From a phage, in sequence record PZ583739.1: a DNA stretch of 64,000 bases, one strand, 5' to 3'. The notes beneath the pieces were generated by a model. That model was not told the origin of the DNA. It did not search any database and worked only from the letters and a program-made list of their open reading frames with translations. Shown in pieces: positions 28,664 through 39,632 of the stretch. Each line of letters begins with the position of its first letter. The stretch's first letter is position 1. The position numbers were made by a program, and so were the translations under genes.

Positions 28664-29185
28664 ATGAGCACTGACCTAGGAGACTCCATGGAAGGAGCCT
28701 CAATCGATGTTACGTTTACAGCTCAATTAGAAACAAACGAAACATTAGTCGAAATAAATATAACTGAATATGAGGCCACCCCTGGCGTTAATGTTGAGGG
28801 TAATCATCTTTATGGTGTTTATGAATCCGTGTTCGGATTTGCAGATGATGCGCTTAAATACCGACTTAACGATGAATTCAAAACTGCCGGTTCATGGGAA
28901 GACCTTCCTACCGATAAGAGTACTCAATTGTATCTCTGGAGGGCCCCAGCGAGCCTCCAGAAGGTCTTTTCATACACGGTAACCCTAACCTATGACTTTC
29001 AAGAAGAGAGCTCTGGTGGAGACACAGGGAGCTCTGGTGGCAGTAATAGCCGTGCAGGTAATGAGACCGACCCACCTCCTGCTCCAGTAAGAAAAACAAT
29101 GACAAAAGTTTACACAAAAACTATCGTTGGCAACTGGTCAAGATGGGCAGATAAACTGCGTTCATACGTATACGCGAGGGATTAA
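28664..29185 (+). CDS. 5.1: gp5.1-like protein
   Basis: ORF between gp5 and gp5.4; start set at first ATG after the gp5 stop. Confidence 0.45.
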   Translation: MSTDLGDSMEGASIDVTFTAQLETNETLVEINITEYEATPGVNVEGNHLYGVYESVFGFADDALKYRLNDEFKTAGSWEDLPTDKSTQLYLWRAPASLQKVFSYTVTLTYDFQEESSGGDTGSSGGSNSRAGNETDPPPAPVRKTMTKVYTKTIVGNWSRWADKLRSYVYARD

Positions 29186-29478
29186 TGGCTGGATTAAGTT
29201 TCAATCAATGTGTTACAGCAGGCCACGAAGCATGGCCACCGACTGTAATTAATGCAACTCAAGGTAAAGTATTCACCGGGGGAATTCCGGTGTTAGTTGC
29301 CGGAGACCCTATTACCGAGCATACCGAAATTAAAAAACCATATGAAACTCACGGTGGAGTAACACAACCGCGCACATCAAAAGTATTTGTTACCGGTAAG
29401 AAAGCTGTTCAAATGGCAGACCCGATTTCATGTGGTGATACTGTCGCACAAGCTTCAGGGAAGGTGTTCATAAAATGA
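29185..29478 (+). CDS. 5.4: PAAR-repeat spike tip protein gp5.4
   Basis: 97 aa, same length as T4 gp5.4; PAAR-like repeats. Confidence 0.8.
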   Translation: MAGLSFNQCVTAGHEAWPPTVINATQGKVFTGGIPVLVAGDPITEHTEIKKPYETHGGVTQPRTSKVFVTGKKAVQMADPISCGDTVAQASGKVFIK

Positions 29479-30152
29479 ACAAAGAATTTAATTTTGTATA
29501 TGTAACTACAAACCTAGAAAATGGTAAAAAGTATATAGGCAAACATTCTACTGACGATATGTTTGATGGATATTACGGCACAGGGGAGCTTATCAAAAAG
29601 GCTTATAAAAAATATGGAAAGGATTCGTTTGAGACAAAAATAATAAAATTTTTTGATACTGAAGATGAAGCTTACGACTACGAAGAATTTTTAGTAGACG
29701 AATCTATAATTTATGATGATAGATATTATAATATAGATTTGGGTGGCAAAGGAAGTATGCGAGGAAGAAAGCATAAGGAATCTTCAAAAAAGCAAACATC
29801 AGACAAAATGAAGGGTAGGCCAAAGCCACCTAGAAGTAAAGAACATATTGAAAATTTTGAAAAAGCTATGGCCAAAAGGAGAAAACCTAAGCTACCTCCA
29901 AAACCGAGGGTTTTTGTTAGAGGAGAAGAGCATCCTTTATATAAAAGACCAAGACCTCAATCTGTTATTGACCTATGCAAACTTAATAATAGAAAACACC
30001 CCATTTGGCAATCATATGATATTTTATTCAAATTATGGAAAGAAAATGATAAGCCAGGTTGGAGAAAAATGACACGATTGGCCATTGAAAACGGATTTCC
30101 AAATACGGCTTATGACAAAATGATAAAACAATTTAAACAGGATTCAGAATAA
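29475..30152 (+). CDS. GIY-YIG homing endonuclease (seg-like)
   Basis: N-terminal [19 protein letters not shown]...YYGTG GIY-YIG motif; basic C-terminal DNA-binding half; between 5.4 and 6. Confidence 0.7.
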   Translation: MNKEFNFVYVTTNLENGKKYIGKHSTDDMFDGYYGTGELIKKAYKKYGKDSFETKIIKFFDTEDEAYDYEEFLVDESIIYDDRYYNIDLGGKGSMRGRKHKESSKKQTSDKMKGRPKPPRSKEHIENFEKAMAKRRKPKLPPKPRVFVRGEEHPLYKRPRPQSVIDLCKLNNRKHPIWQSYDILFKLWKENDKPGWRKMTRLAIENGFPNTAYDKMIKQFKQDSE

Positions 30153-32098
30153 TGGCTACTCCTACGAATTACCAATTAACAAGAACCGTTAACGCTATCC
30201 CAAAAGTATTTGTGGGAGCTACGTTTGAAGAAATTAAAAAGAACATCATCGACTGGTTATCAAGCCAGGATGAATTTAAGGATTATGATTTCGTCGGTTC
30301 GCGAATGAATATCCTGATTGATATGCTTGCATACAATACATTGTATATGCAACAGTTTGCTAACACGGCAGTTTACGAATCATTTATCGGAACTGCAAAC
30401 TTAAGGTCTTCGGTTGTTCAGGCGGCACAGGATAATGGATATCTTCCATCTTCACGTTCGGCCGCAAAGACTTCGGTTATGCTGACATGTTCTCATGCTC
30501 TGCAACCATCGAATATCGAAATCCCACGAGGAACTAAATTCCTGGCCTATGCTCGTGATACATCAGCTGACCCTTATGTTTTTGTTACCACGGAAAACGT
30601 TATTGCGGTTAAAGATATTAACAACCAATACCTTCCGATTGTATCTCTAGCCCAGGGTCGTATTATTCGTACAGAACTTTTATATGACCCGAAACAACCT
30701 ATTCTTATTCGCGACCCGGATATCGACCGCAAAGAAGTTAAGTTATATGTGAACGGTGTTGAGTGGGTTGACTGGACGAACAAATCAATGGTCCATGCTG
30801 GTTCGACTTCCACCATATTTTATATGCGTGAAACAATCGATGGCTATACTGAATTTTTCTTCGGTGAAGGTGAATCCACCAAATCCGTAGCCGGCGGCGT
30901 TATGGAAGCCAACTATATTGGCGGTCTCAAACCTGTGCAAGATTCGACAATTGTTATTGAATATCTTCGCACCTCAGGGGCAGATGCAAACGGTGCTGTT
31001 GATTTCAGTTATGCCGATACTTTGTCTTATATCACAGTGGATAAAATTACTGAAAACTACAATGACGACCCTGATTATGTCGGTGCTGATGGTGGTGGTG
31101 ACCCAGAAGATATCGAACGTATCCGTGAACTGGCTGTTGTTAAACGTGAAGCGCAGATGCGTGCTGTCACCGGAACAGATTATGATACCTTCGTATCTGA
31201 AAGATTTGGTTCAATCGTGCAAGCCGTACAGACGTTTACAGACGCAAATAAGCCTGGGTATGCGTTTATATCAGTTAAGCCTAAATCGGGCTTGTATCTC
31301 ACTGCAGTGCAGCGTGAGGACATCCAGAACTACCTTAGTGAGTTCAACGTATCAACAATTACACCATCGGTAATTTCTCCGGATTATTTGTTCCTTAAAC
31401 ATAATATCAAAGTATCTTATGCGCTGAACAAATTACAAGAATCTGAACAATGGTTGCAAGCACAAATCATTAATCAGATTGACCGTTATTATATCGATGA
31501 AGTTGAAATCTTTAACAGAAGTTTTGCTAAGTCAAAAATGCTTACGTATGTGGATAATACTGACCATAGTATTCTTGGTTCGTCTGCAACCATTTCGATG
31601 GTGCGTGAAGTCCTGAACTTCTTTAAGACTCCAGAATCCGGCATTAAATACTATAACCAGTATGGCAACCGTTCAGTCGAATCAAGTGAATTTGAATTTG
31701 TTCCGACCACGGGTGAAGCCTATAACGTTCGCATTGTTGCAACTGATAAAGATTCTCGTGGTGATGGTAAAATGGTAATTGGTCCATTCCGCCCGGGTGA
31801 TGTTATTGAAAACGTAAACATCCACCCTTACCTACAAGATGACTTTAATAAAATGGAAGCTCCGGCTGACCAAACAGTTTATTACGCAATTGGCGAAATT
31901 GACTATTACTCTGATTATATTTTTTGGGATATCGCCGCGATTGGATTGACCTCCGAACGCTTTGAAGTTCAATCAATCGAACTTTATGCAAGTCCTAACC
32001 AAGATAATATATACACGCAAGATGGTTCACTGATTGTATTTGAGAATGACCTTCGTCCGCAATATACAAAGATTGACCTTGAACCAATTACACTATAA
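30152..32098 (+). CDS. 6: baseplate wedge protein gp6
   Basis: 648 aa; synteny and size match T4 gp6. Confidence 0.85.
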   Translation: MATPTNYQLTRTVNAIPKVFVGATFEEIKKNIIDWLSSQDEFKDYDFVGSRMNILIDMLAYNTLYMQQFANTAVYESFIGTANLRSSVVQAAQDNGYLPSSRSAAKTSVMLTCSHALQPSNIEIPRGTKFLAYARDTSADPYVFVTTENVIAVKDINNQYLPIVSLAQGRIIRTELLYDPKQPILIRDPDIDRKEVKLYVNGVEWVDWTNKSMVHAGSTSTIFYMRETIDGYTEFFFGEGESTKSVAGGVMEANYIGGLKPVQDSTIVIEYLRTSGADANGAVDFSYADTLSYITVDKITENYNDDPDYVGADGGGDPEDIERIRELAVVKREAQMRAVTGTDYDTFVSERFGSIVQAVQTFTDANKPGYAFISVKPKSGLYLTAVQREDIQNYLSEFNVSTITPSVISPDYLFLKHNIKVSYALNKLQESEQWLQAQIINQIDRYYIDEVEIFNRSFAKSKMLTYVDNTDHSILGSSATISMVREVLNFFKTPESGIKYYNQYGNRSVESSEFEFVPTTGEAYNVRIVATDKDSRGDGKMVIGPFRPGDVIENVNIHPYLQDDFNKMEAPADQTVYYAIGEIDYYSDYIFWDIAAIGLTSERFEVQSIELYASPNQDNIYTQDGSLIVFENDLRPQYTKIDLEPITL

Positions 32099-32118
32099 GC
32101 CTCTTCGGAGGCTTTTTA
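32099..32118 (+). terminator. hairpin terminator after gp6
   Basis: gcctcttcggaggc stem-loop followed by TTTTT. Confidence 0.5.
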
Positions 32119-32126
32119 AGGAAACC

Positions 32127-35100
32127 ATGATGAGTGTTAAAGCCCCTTATGTAACCAGCTTACGGATTGATAAACTATCTGCTAACCAGGTTAGCATAAA
32201 ATGGGATAATGTTGGCGCCAACTTTTATTATTTTGTTGAGATTGCTCCGACAAAAGAAAATGGTGTTGCTATTCCAGAAGAAAATCTGTTATGGAGGAAT
32301 TTAGGTTATACTCCAGACAATGAATGGTTCGAACAAGATTTTATTCGTCCAGTATCATTTTACAAAATGCGTGTTGCTGTTGCAGCAATGGGTTTTGAAC
32401 AATCTGATTGGGTTTATACCGAAGAATTTGAAACCTTTGCAACTAACGCATACACATTTGAACACATGCGTGAGTTTACATTAACAAATAAATTCATCGA
32501 AGAAAAATTCACAAACAATAATCAGGCTTATATCAACTTTAATAATGATGCAATTATGGCATCGTTGATGTCTGAAGATTTTAGCTTTACTCCTGCTTAT
32601 TCTCATTTGTCTTCAATTTCAAACTATGTATTAAAAGAAGACCAATATCACGAAATTCAGGGCAGTATTCAGCCAGTGTGTAACGATGTTAATCGTACGA
32701 TGATTGCTGAACTCGGTGGTGTACTGTATTTGTTTGAACGATTCCAGACAACTGTCAAAGTCTCCAATGATAAAGGGCAGAACTGGTATTATGTAAAATT
32801 GTTTAATGACCGTATCGGTAACCCAGTATCGCGCACAATTTATTATCAATCAGATACGACAACTTATGTACTCGGATATGACCGAATTTTTTACGGCCGC
32901 AAATCAAGTGACATAAGATGGTCTGCTGATGATGTTCGATTCAGTTCCCAGGATATAACATTTGCAAAAATTGGTTCGGATATCAATCTCGGATTTGATA
33001 TTGAAATATTTGGCACATACGCAAGACTCCCGGCATATATCTCAACAATTGCCGAAGCAATTACTACGACCGATTCCATGATTTACGTTGCTGGCCGCGA
33101 CCGTGTATACAAAGCTAAATCCTCTGATGCTCCAATTGATAACGACCCTAACTCTCCAACATTCGGTGAAAAATTATTTGAAGCTGGATATAGCACAATA
33201 AGCGGCAACCCAAAAGCTGTTTGTTACAAGATGGATTCAATTGACGGTGAAGTGTTTGCATTAATCACGGGTGAAGTAAAGGAAGAACGCCAAGACCCGA
33301 CTAAGCCTGAAAACGTTGTCGATTCATTATCAAAGGGCGTTTATAAATTAAATACCGATACCGATACATGGACACGAGTTTTTGGTAATACAGAGGATGA
33401 ACGTCGCCGTATTGAACATGGTTACACAAGCATGTCAACTGATGGAATTGAACTTTTTATCAGTTCAAGTAACTTCCGTTATTCCGTTGAGCCAGATACC
33501 GAACTCCCTGCTAAGTATCCTGAAGAAGTTAACGAAGCAGTCAAATATGTGTATGATGAACAATGGATACATGACAAGCATTATTTGATGATGAGTTTTA
33601 GGTCAAATAAAGATTCAGGTTGGGAAGAGTTTAAACCTGGACGTATGTCATATTACGCTGAACCGTTCTTTAACTGGTCTCGCCGTGATGATACTCGTTG
33701 TTGGATTACCACATCAGACAGAGCTCTGGTTGTATATAATGACATGCTGTATCAAAAGATTATCGATACCTTTGGTGGTTCATCCCCTGAACGTATTGTA
33801 CACGAATACTGGAATAAAGGTCAAGTAAAAGTTACTTCTCCTAACATCGAATTCAATGGCTTTAAAAAATATGCCTCGGGTATTATGTTACATAAAAATA
33901 CTGGTGAGCTTATTGGTTATTTTGAATTCGACTATCGTATGCGTGATGAAGTTAGATTAATCTGGAAACCGAAAGAAGTTATGTTCACTGCAGAATTACA
34001 GAACCAGGAACATGATATTCCATGGACCCCGGATAATGATGAACAAGAGAAAGACCCGGACTTGCGTCCTCTTTTAACAAAGATGGTTCCGGATAGTTAT
34101 TTGCTCCAGGATAGCAACTTCGAAAAATTCTGTGAATATTATTTACAGTTTATCAGTGATGGTTCTGGCACATATTATAACAACCTTTTGAACTTGATTC
34201 GCAACCAGTACCCACGCGAGGAAGATGCATGGGAATACCTTTGGAGTGAAATGTACAAAAGAAATATATATTTGTCAAAGACCAAGCGTGACGAAGTAGT
34301 TCGTTTCTTTGAAGCAAGACAGTCTGATTTTTGGGCAACCAAGGGGACTGAAGCATCCTATAAGTTTTTATTCAAATTGTTATATAATGAAGACGTTGAA
34401 ATCGATATTGAATCCAAGAACGGAACCGAGTATGACATAATCGTCGAATCCGATAATATCAGCGAAGATATTGTTGGGCAAACAATTTACACATCAACTG
34501 GCCGCAGTAACGTTACCTATATGGAGCGTGACTACAAACAGGGTAAATTGAGATGGCGTATCACGATTCATAACTTGCTTGGTCGCTTTATTGTTGGGCA
34601 AGAAATTAAATCCGAAAGGACTTCCTTTGAAGGCATGATTGTTCAGGGCGTTCGCGGGAAAGAATTACTTAGCAATAACATCGATTATATCAACCGAAAT
34701 CGTTCTTACTATGTAATGACCATTAAATCAAGTCTCCCGACATCTCGTTATCGTAATGACGTATTGCGATTTGTTCATCCGGTTGGATTTGGATTCGTTG
34801 GAATTACATTATTGACAATGTTTGTTAATGCTGGTCTGTCATTAAAACACACAGAAACCATTATCAATAAACTGAACAACTATCGTTGGTCGTCGGGTAT
34901 TCCGTCAGAATGGTGTGACCGTATCGCAGTTATTGGAGCCGATGGAAACATTGAGCATAATGCTGTTACAGGCGAAGCAGTATATAATATTGCTCCTAAC
35001 GCAGGTTTACCGTTCCCATTACCGGCAGATTACGATGCCGAAAACGATTTTTCAGATTTTCATGGGACTCTCCCGTCTGAACGTCGTAAAAAATACAGTC

Positions 35101-35225
35101 CATTGTTTGACCAGTCCGCCGTGACTTTTGCTAACTGGCGCAATTTGGTTAATCAACGTCTTAAGGATGATATTGGTAATCCACGCGACCCGAAAGACCC
35201 ATCACAGGTAAAGGTAAATGAATAA
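32127..35225 (+). CDS. 7: baseplate wedge protein gp7
   Basis: About 1032 aa; start set at ATGATG after GGAAACC RBS; synteny. Confidence 0.85.
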   Translation: MMSVKAPYVTSLRIDKLSANQVSIKWDNVGANFYYFVEIAPTKENGVAIPEENLLWRNLGYTPDNEWFEQDFIRPVSFYKMRVAVAAMGFEQSDWVYTEEFETFATNAYTFEHMREFTLTNKFIEEKFTNNNQAYINFNNDAIMASLMSEDFSFTPAYSHLSSISNYVLKEDQYHEIQGSIQPVCNDVNRTMIAELGGVLYLFERFQTTVKVSNDKGQNWYYVKLFNDRIGNPVSRTIYYQSDTTTYVLGYDRIFYGRKSSDIRWSADDVRFSSQDITFAKIGSDINLGFDIEIFGTYARLPAYISTIAEAITTTDSMIYVAGRDRVYKAKSSDAPIDNDPNSPTFGEKLFEAGYSTISGNPKAVCYKMDSIDGEVFALITGEVKEERQDPTKPENVVDSLSKGVYKLNTDTDTWTRVFGNTEDERRRIEHGYTSMSTDGIELFISSSNFRYSVEPDTELPAKYPEEVNEAVKYVYDEQWIHDKHYLMMSFRSNKDSGWEEFKPGRMSYYAEPFFNWSRRDDTRCWITTSDRALVVYNDMLYQKIIDTFGGSSPERIVHEYWNKGQVKVTSPNIEFNGFKKYASGIMLHKNTGELIGYFEFDYRMRDEVRLIWKPKEVMFTAELQNQEHDIPWTPDNDEQEKDPDLRPLLTKMVPDSYLLQDSNFEKFCEYYLQFISDGSGTYYNNLLNLIRNQYPREEDAWEYLWSEMYKRNIYLSKTKRDEVVRFFEARQSDFWATKGTEASYKFLFKLLYNEDVEIDIESKNGTEYDIIVESDNISEDIVGQTIYTSTGRSNVTYMERDYKQGKLRWRITIHNLLGRFIVGQEIKSERTSFEGMIVQGVRGKELLSNNIDYINRNRSYYVMTIKSSLPTSRYRNDVLRFVHPVGFGFVGITLLTMFVNAGLSLKHTETIINKLNNYRWSSGIPSEWCDRIAVIGADGNIEHNAVTGEAVYNIAPNAGLPFPLPADYDAENDFSDFHGTLPSERRKKYSPLFDQSAVTFANWRNLVNQRLKDDIGNPRDPKDPSQVKVNE

Positions 35226-36222
35226 TTCATCTGTAGTTTATCGTTCGATAATTACCTCGAAATTTCGAACTGAAAAAATGTATAACTTTTATAAAATGAT
35301 TGGTAATGAGCCCGACCAGAATACGATGTATGTAACATTCGGTCGTGCTGAACCCTGGGCTTCGAATGAGAATGACCCGGGGTTCGCCCCTCCTTATCCG
35401 GTTGACACAGCACAAGGTGTTGAAGATACTTGGACAAATATGATGGGTGCAGTCAAAGTTTATAAGTCAATGCTTGATTGTGTTGTCCCACGTAAAGACT
35501 GGGGTGATATTAGATATCCTAATCCGCTTAACTTCCAGGTAGGAGAAATTGTTGTAGCTAACAGTGCTCCATATAACCGAACTGATGTTGGTAAAGGTTG
35601 GATGGTTTATCGTTGTGTAGACGTTCCTGATGTTGGGACTTGCTCCATTTATTCTATTATCAATAAAGAAGAGTGTTTAAAACTCGGTGGTAAATGGACT
35701 GCTGAATATAACTCGACGAGAGCTCCAGCTGGGACTGGTGATACAGAAGGACGAGTCGATATGGGCGATGGTTATCTCTGGGAATATTTGTATGAGATTC
35801 CACCTGATGTATCCATCAACCGTTGTACTAACGAATATATTGTTGTTCCATGGCCTGAAGAAATTGAAGAAGACCCATCACGTTGGGGTTACAAAGACAA
35901 TATCAGCTGGCAACAAGGTGATTTCGGTTTAATATACAGAATCAAAGGATATACAATCAGATTTAAAGCATTTATGGATTCCATTTATTTCCCAGAGTTC
36001 AGTCTTCCAGGGAACAAAGGCTTCCGCCAGCTGTCGATTATATCCAACCCACTTGAAGTTAAAGTACATCCTAATGACCCAAATATCAAAGCAATCAAAG
36101 AATACTACGATGCAATTGATTTGGACCGTCATTCCGGGGAAATGATTTATATGGAAAACCGCCCACCGATTATTCGTGCAATGGACCAGACAGAAGAAGT
36201 TAACATTATTTTTGAATTCTAA
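35218..36222 (+). CDS. 8: baseplate wedge protein gp8
   Basis: 334 aa, identical length to T4 gp8. Confidence 0.85.
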   Translation: MNNSSVVYRSIITSKFRTEKMYNFYKMIGNEPDQNTMYVTFGRAEPWASNENDPGFAPPYPVDTAQGVEDTWTNMMGAVKVYKSMLDCVVPRKDWGDIRYPNPLNFQVGEIVVANSAPYNRTDVGKGWMVYRCVDVPDVGTCSIYSIINKEECLKLGGKWTAEYNSTRAPAGTGDTEGRVDMGDGYLWEYLYEIPPDVSINRCTNEYIVVPWPEEIEEDPSRWGYKDNISWQQGDFGLIYRIKGYTIRFKAFMDSIYFPEFSLPGNKGFRQLSIISNPLEVKVHPNDPNIKAIKEYYDAIDLDRHSGEMIYMENRPPIIRAMDQTEEVNIIFEF

Positions 36223-36225
36223 CAA

Positions 36226-36248
36226 GGGACCTTCGGGTCCCTTTTTTA
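36226..36248 (+). terminator. hairpin terminator after gp8
   Basis: gggaccttcgggtccc followed by TTTTTTAT. Confidence 0.6.
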
Positions 36249-36251
36249 TTC

Positions 36252-36259
36252 TATAAATA
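36252..36259 (+). promoter_or_regulatory. late promoter TATAAATA (gene 9)
   Basis: Exact TATAAATA about 28 nt upstream of the gp9 start. Confidence 0.55.
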
Positions 36260-36286
36260 TAGCTATATCAATAACGAGGCTTACCT

Positions 36287-37156
36287 ATGATTAATCAAAC
36301 CCCAAAATTATTAGTAGACATCGGCGAGATTGGTAACGCCAGCACCGGTGATATTCTATATGAAGGCGGTCGTAAACTGAACGTGGATTTAGACAGTTTG
36401 TATAATACATTCGGCGACCAGCGTCTGTACTCTGTGAACAATGGAGAAAACTCCCAGGTACTTCATGCGACTGGCTACTATCAAAAAGCCACAAATATCA
36501 TCGAATGGAACTCGACTGTTGCCCTCGGTTCTATGCGGGATGTCAATACTGCCGAAGGTGTTATCACTGCAAGAATTGCAAAAGGTAAAGCAGGCGAAGG
36601 TGTTATCTTTATTAACTCCAATGGTTCATTATCCACCTCGTTGCCTCTGGAAGTTGAACTACAAGGCACGGATTCATTCCTGACTGCTGCAACGAACAAA
36701 ATGAAATTTACTCAGCCTTATACAAAAATTACATTGTGGTGTATTGACGATGCTAACGGTGTAGGGACCTGGGACTACAAAATTGAAAGTATGTTTGGCA
36801 ACCAATCTGTATTGCTCGACAAAACATACAATATGAGCTCGGTTGTTCGTGATATTCCACTTGCTTTCCGCGCAGATTATAAAACTATCAAATTGATGCT
36901 GACGGCTATTTCAACAGACGAAACTAAATACAAAGCATCAGAAATATTACTTTACATCGACCTTAAGGACCGCAAGGTATATAGCACAGAATACGCTGTA
37001 ATCAGACGTGGACAAACTAATGAAGAAGATGAGATATATGCCATCGATTTTAGAATTGATAACCAGGATATCATTCAGGCGGCTATAAGCTCACCCACTG
37101 CCATGAAGCTCGCTATTAAAGTAATTTCCGCCCAAACAATCGGAGTACCGGTATAA
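36287..37156 (+). CDS. 9: baseplate wedge / long tail fiber socket gp9
   Basis: 289 aa; synteny. Confidence 0.85.
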   Translation: MINQTPKLLVDIGEIGNASTGDILYEGGRKLNVDLDSLYNTFGDQRLYSVNNGENSQVLHATGYYQKATNIIEWNSTVALGSMRDVNTAEGVITARIAKGKAGEGVIFINSNGSLSTSLPLEVELQGTDSFLTAATNKMKFTQPYTKITLWCIDDANGVGTWDYKIESMFGNQSVLLDKTYNMSSVVRDIPLAFRADYKTIKLMLTAISTDETKYKASEILLYIDLKDRKVYSTEYAVIRRGQTNEEDEIYAIDFRIDNQDIIQAAISSPTAMKLAIKVISAQTIGVPV

Positions 37157-38967
37157 TGAAACAGAATTTAAAAATTGGCAATATGGTTGATGATGGTACT
37201 GGTGATTACCTTCGTCTCGGCGGTCAAAAAATAAACAATAACTTTGACGACCTTTATTATCAGCTGGGTGACGGTGAAAATCCTCATGCGGCTGGTGCAT
37301 GGAAAACTTGGACTACACAAGAAGGCACCGAGTTGTCTGCTGTTATGGGTCGAAGCTATACCATCGATACATCAGCCGGGGCAGTCCGAGTTATCCTCCC
37401 GAAAGGAACAACTCAAGAATACAATTATGTAATTCGATTGCGCGATGTGTTTGCTACCTGGCAAATCAACCCGGTGACAATTGTTCCTGCAGTCGGGGAT
37501 ACGATTAAAGGCTCACCAAATCCAGTAGAAATTAAACGCAACTTAGCTGACCTTGAACTTGTATATTGTTCACCAGGTCGTTGGGAATATATCGATAATA
37601 AACAAGTCGATAAAATTTCAAATAACGACGTTGCTACAGTTGCATCCCAACAGTTTATTGCTACCGAAGGACAAACTGACTTTATCAATGTGTTTGGTGC
37701 TATTCCGTATAGCGTATCGAACTTAGAAGTCAAACATCGTGGTAACGACCTGTTTTATGGTAAAGATGATATTTTCGACCCGGTGAATGCTGAATTTGGT
37801 TCCCCTGGTGCAAACCCTGGTGAAATCGTTGCGCTTGATGGTAAAAGCATCCGTCTGAAAATGCCATGTGCTGAAGGTGATACTGTTATCATCCGAACAT
37901 TTAATGATGGTATTGCTCAATGGCGTAGTTCGTATAATCGTCGTGATGTACTTGTTCGTAGTCAGGACAGGACCAAAGAAACAACAATTAATGGTTCTTT
38001 GATTGTTACAGATTTGACATCCAAACACACCTTTACAATTGAAGAACTTGGTATCTCTCCGGGTAGCCCAATTAACCCAAATGCATGTCAGGTATTCATT
38101 AACAGTATTTTACAACACCAAGCCGGGACTGCAGGAACTCCAGTATTTTATTGCGAAGGTGCGCAAGGTTCCACTGCGGCAGAATGTAGCGCAAATGGTG
38201 GCAGTTGGTCTGAATCAACCCAGGATTATTTGCTGCAATTTGATGATGACAACCGCATCGAAGGTATTAGCATTTATCGTGAATTTGAAGATGGTGATAT
38301 TCTGTCGGTCATTTGGTACAATAACGATATCGGCACAACTATGACCATGGATGAAATCCGTGATGAGACTGACACTCTTTATGTTTCTCAGGGAAATACA
38401 TTGAGCTTAACTGGTCGTGTACGTATTACAGATTTTGATAATCCGTTTGCACCGAACGTTGAACCAGTCGGTCTTCAGGAAGTTGTTCCATCTTCTGTTG
38501 GCGCTATCTTTGAATTATTCTATCCGGTTGGTACAATTTACGAAAATACGGTTAACCCGAATAACCCGGTTACTTATATGGGATTCGGTTCATGGAAACG
38601 TTTGAAAGAACGTGTAATCGTTGCCTGGTCGGACGACCCTGCCTCAAACTTCCATACAAACAATAATGACCTGGATTCTGGTGGTAACCCACAAGCGACA
38701 GCGGGTGGCACAGGTGGTAGTGTTGAAGTTCATATTAAAGATATAAACGTACCTAAACTTGAAACCGATGAGAAAGTATTAGTTGTTGATGATAATGGTC
38801 CGATTGTTGTCGGCGGTTGCCAGGTAGACCCAGATGCACAAGGTCCAGCCTATACCAAATACAGAGAAGACAAAGTCACTATTAATCAGGCGCAAGACCC
38901 TCAAGCTCAACCGGTTTATACAATGCCTCCATATTTGATTGCTCATCGCTGGGTAAGGATTGCTTAA
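37156..38967 (+). CDS. 10: baseplate wedge protein gp10
   Basis: 603 aa; synteny. Confidence 0.85.
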   Translation: MKQNLKIGNMVDDGTGDYLRLGGQKINNNFDDLYYQLGDGENPHAAGAWKTWTTQEGTELSAVMGRSYTIDTSAGAVRVILPKGTTQEYNYVIRLRDVFATWQINPVTIVPAVGDTIKGSPNPVEIKRNLADLELVYCSPGRWEYIDNKQVDKISNNDVATVASQQFIATEGQTDFINVFGAIPYSVSNLEVKHRGNDLFYGKDDIFDPVNAEFGSPGANPGEIVALDGKSIRLKMPCAEGDTVIIRTFNDGIAQWRSSYNRRDVLVRSQDRTKETTINGSLIVTDLTSKHTFTIEELGISPGSPINPNACQVFINSILQHQAGTAGTPVFYCEGAQGSTAAECSANGGSWSESTQDYLLQFDDDNRIEGISIYREFEDGDILSVIWYNNDIGTTMTMDEIRDETDTLYVSQGNTLSLTGRVRITDFDNPFAPNVEPVGLQEVVPSSVGAIFELFYPVGTIYENTVNPNNPVTYMGFGSWKRLKERVIVAWSDDPASNFHTNNNDLDSGGNPQATAGGTGGSVEVHIKDINVPKLETDEKVLVVDDNGPIVVGGCQVDPDAQGPAYTKYREDKVTINQAQDPQAQPVYTMPPYLIAHRWVRIA

Positions 38968-39632
38968 TGAAAACATTAACGAATAAAAAGGCTGGAGTAA
39001 TTTCCCGCCTTGCTAGTTACTTAGAATTTCAAAATACATCAAAAAATATTACGGCTGTCATGGGTCAACGAGCAATCGGCGGCCCATCCGCAACACAAAC
39101 AACCGAGGGTATTTTTTATCCAACAGTTCAGAGCGCAATAGATGATATTGCGTTTCGATATGAGCTTCCGGTTGGCAGTGTAATTACTAATACAAATAAC
39201 CTTTCTCCTGCGGCAATTAGTCAGTCGGATAAAATTAAATTCACCGGGTCTATTTCTGGTGCTGGGGTTGGTGATACTGTTTTATTTTTCATTTTTGGTA
39301 TTCCAGTTGAGGTTATTGTCGGGGATTCGGCTGTATTAGTTGCTTCCAAGGTTAACGATGCTTTGCTGACGGCTGTTGCTGATAGTTTAATTGTGTCAAG
39401 CTCTGCAATTGATAGTGTGGACCAGTCTATATTAAATATTACATATAACGACTACCAAAACCATAATTTTGCACCTTTCGCTCAATATGGTTGTACGCTT
39501 AGCCAGATTATTACACAGCAACCGCGCGGTGGTTATGGTTCCTGGGAATATCTTGGAACTTCAACCCAGACATTATCAGGTGGCACAGCAAATGGCGCAA
39601 TTTCACTTTACCATTATAAGCGAGTATCGTAA
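38967..39632 (+). CDS. 11: baseplate wedge protein gp11
   Basis: 221 aa; synteny. Confidence 0.85.
   Translation: MKTLTNKKAGVISRLASYLEFQNTSKNITAVMGQRAIGGPSATQTTEGIFYPTVQSAIDDIAFRYELPVGSVITNTNNLSPAAISQSDKIKFTGSISGAGVGDTVLFFIFGIPVEVIVGDSAVLVASKVNDALLTAVADSLIVSSSAIDSVDQSILNITYNDYQNHNFAPFAQYGCTLSQIITQQPRGGYGSWEYLGTSTQTLSGGTANGAISLYHYKRVS

Noticed and set aside
32034-32126. Upstream extension of the gp7 ORF overlapping the gp6 C-terminus
   Set aside because: The extension spans the gp6 terminator hairpin; the ATG at 32127 with an RBS matches the expected gp7 start.
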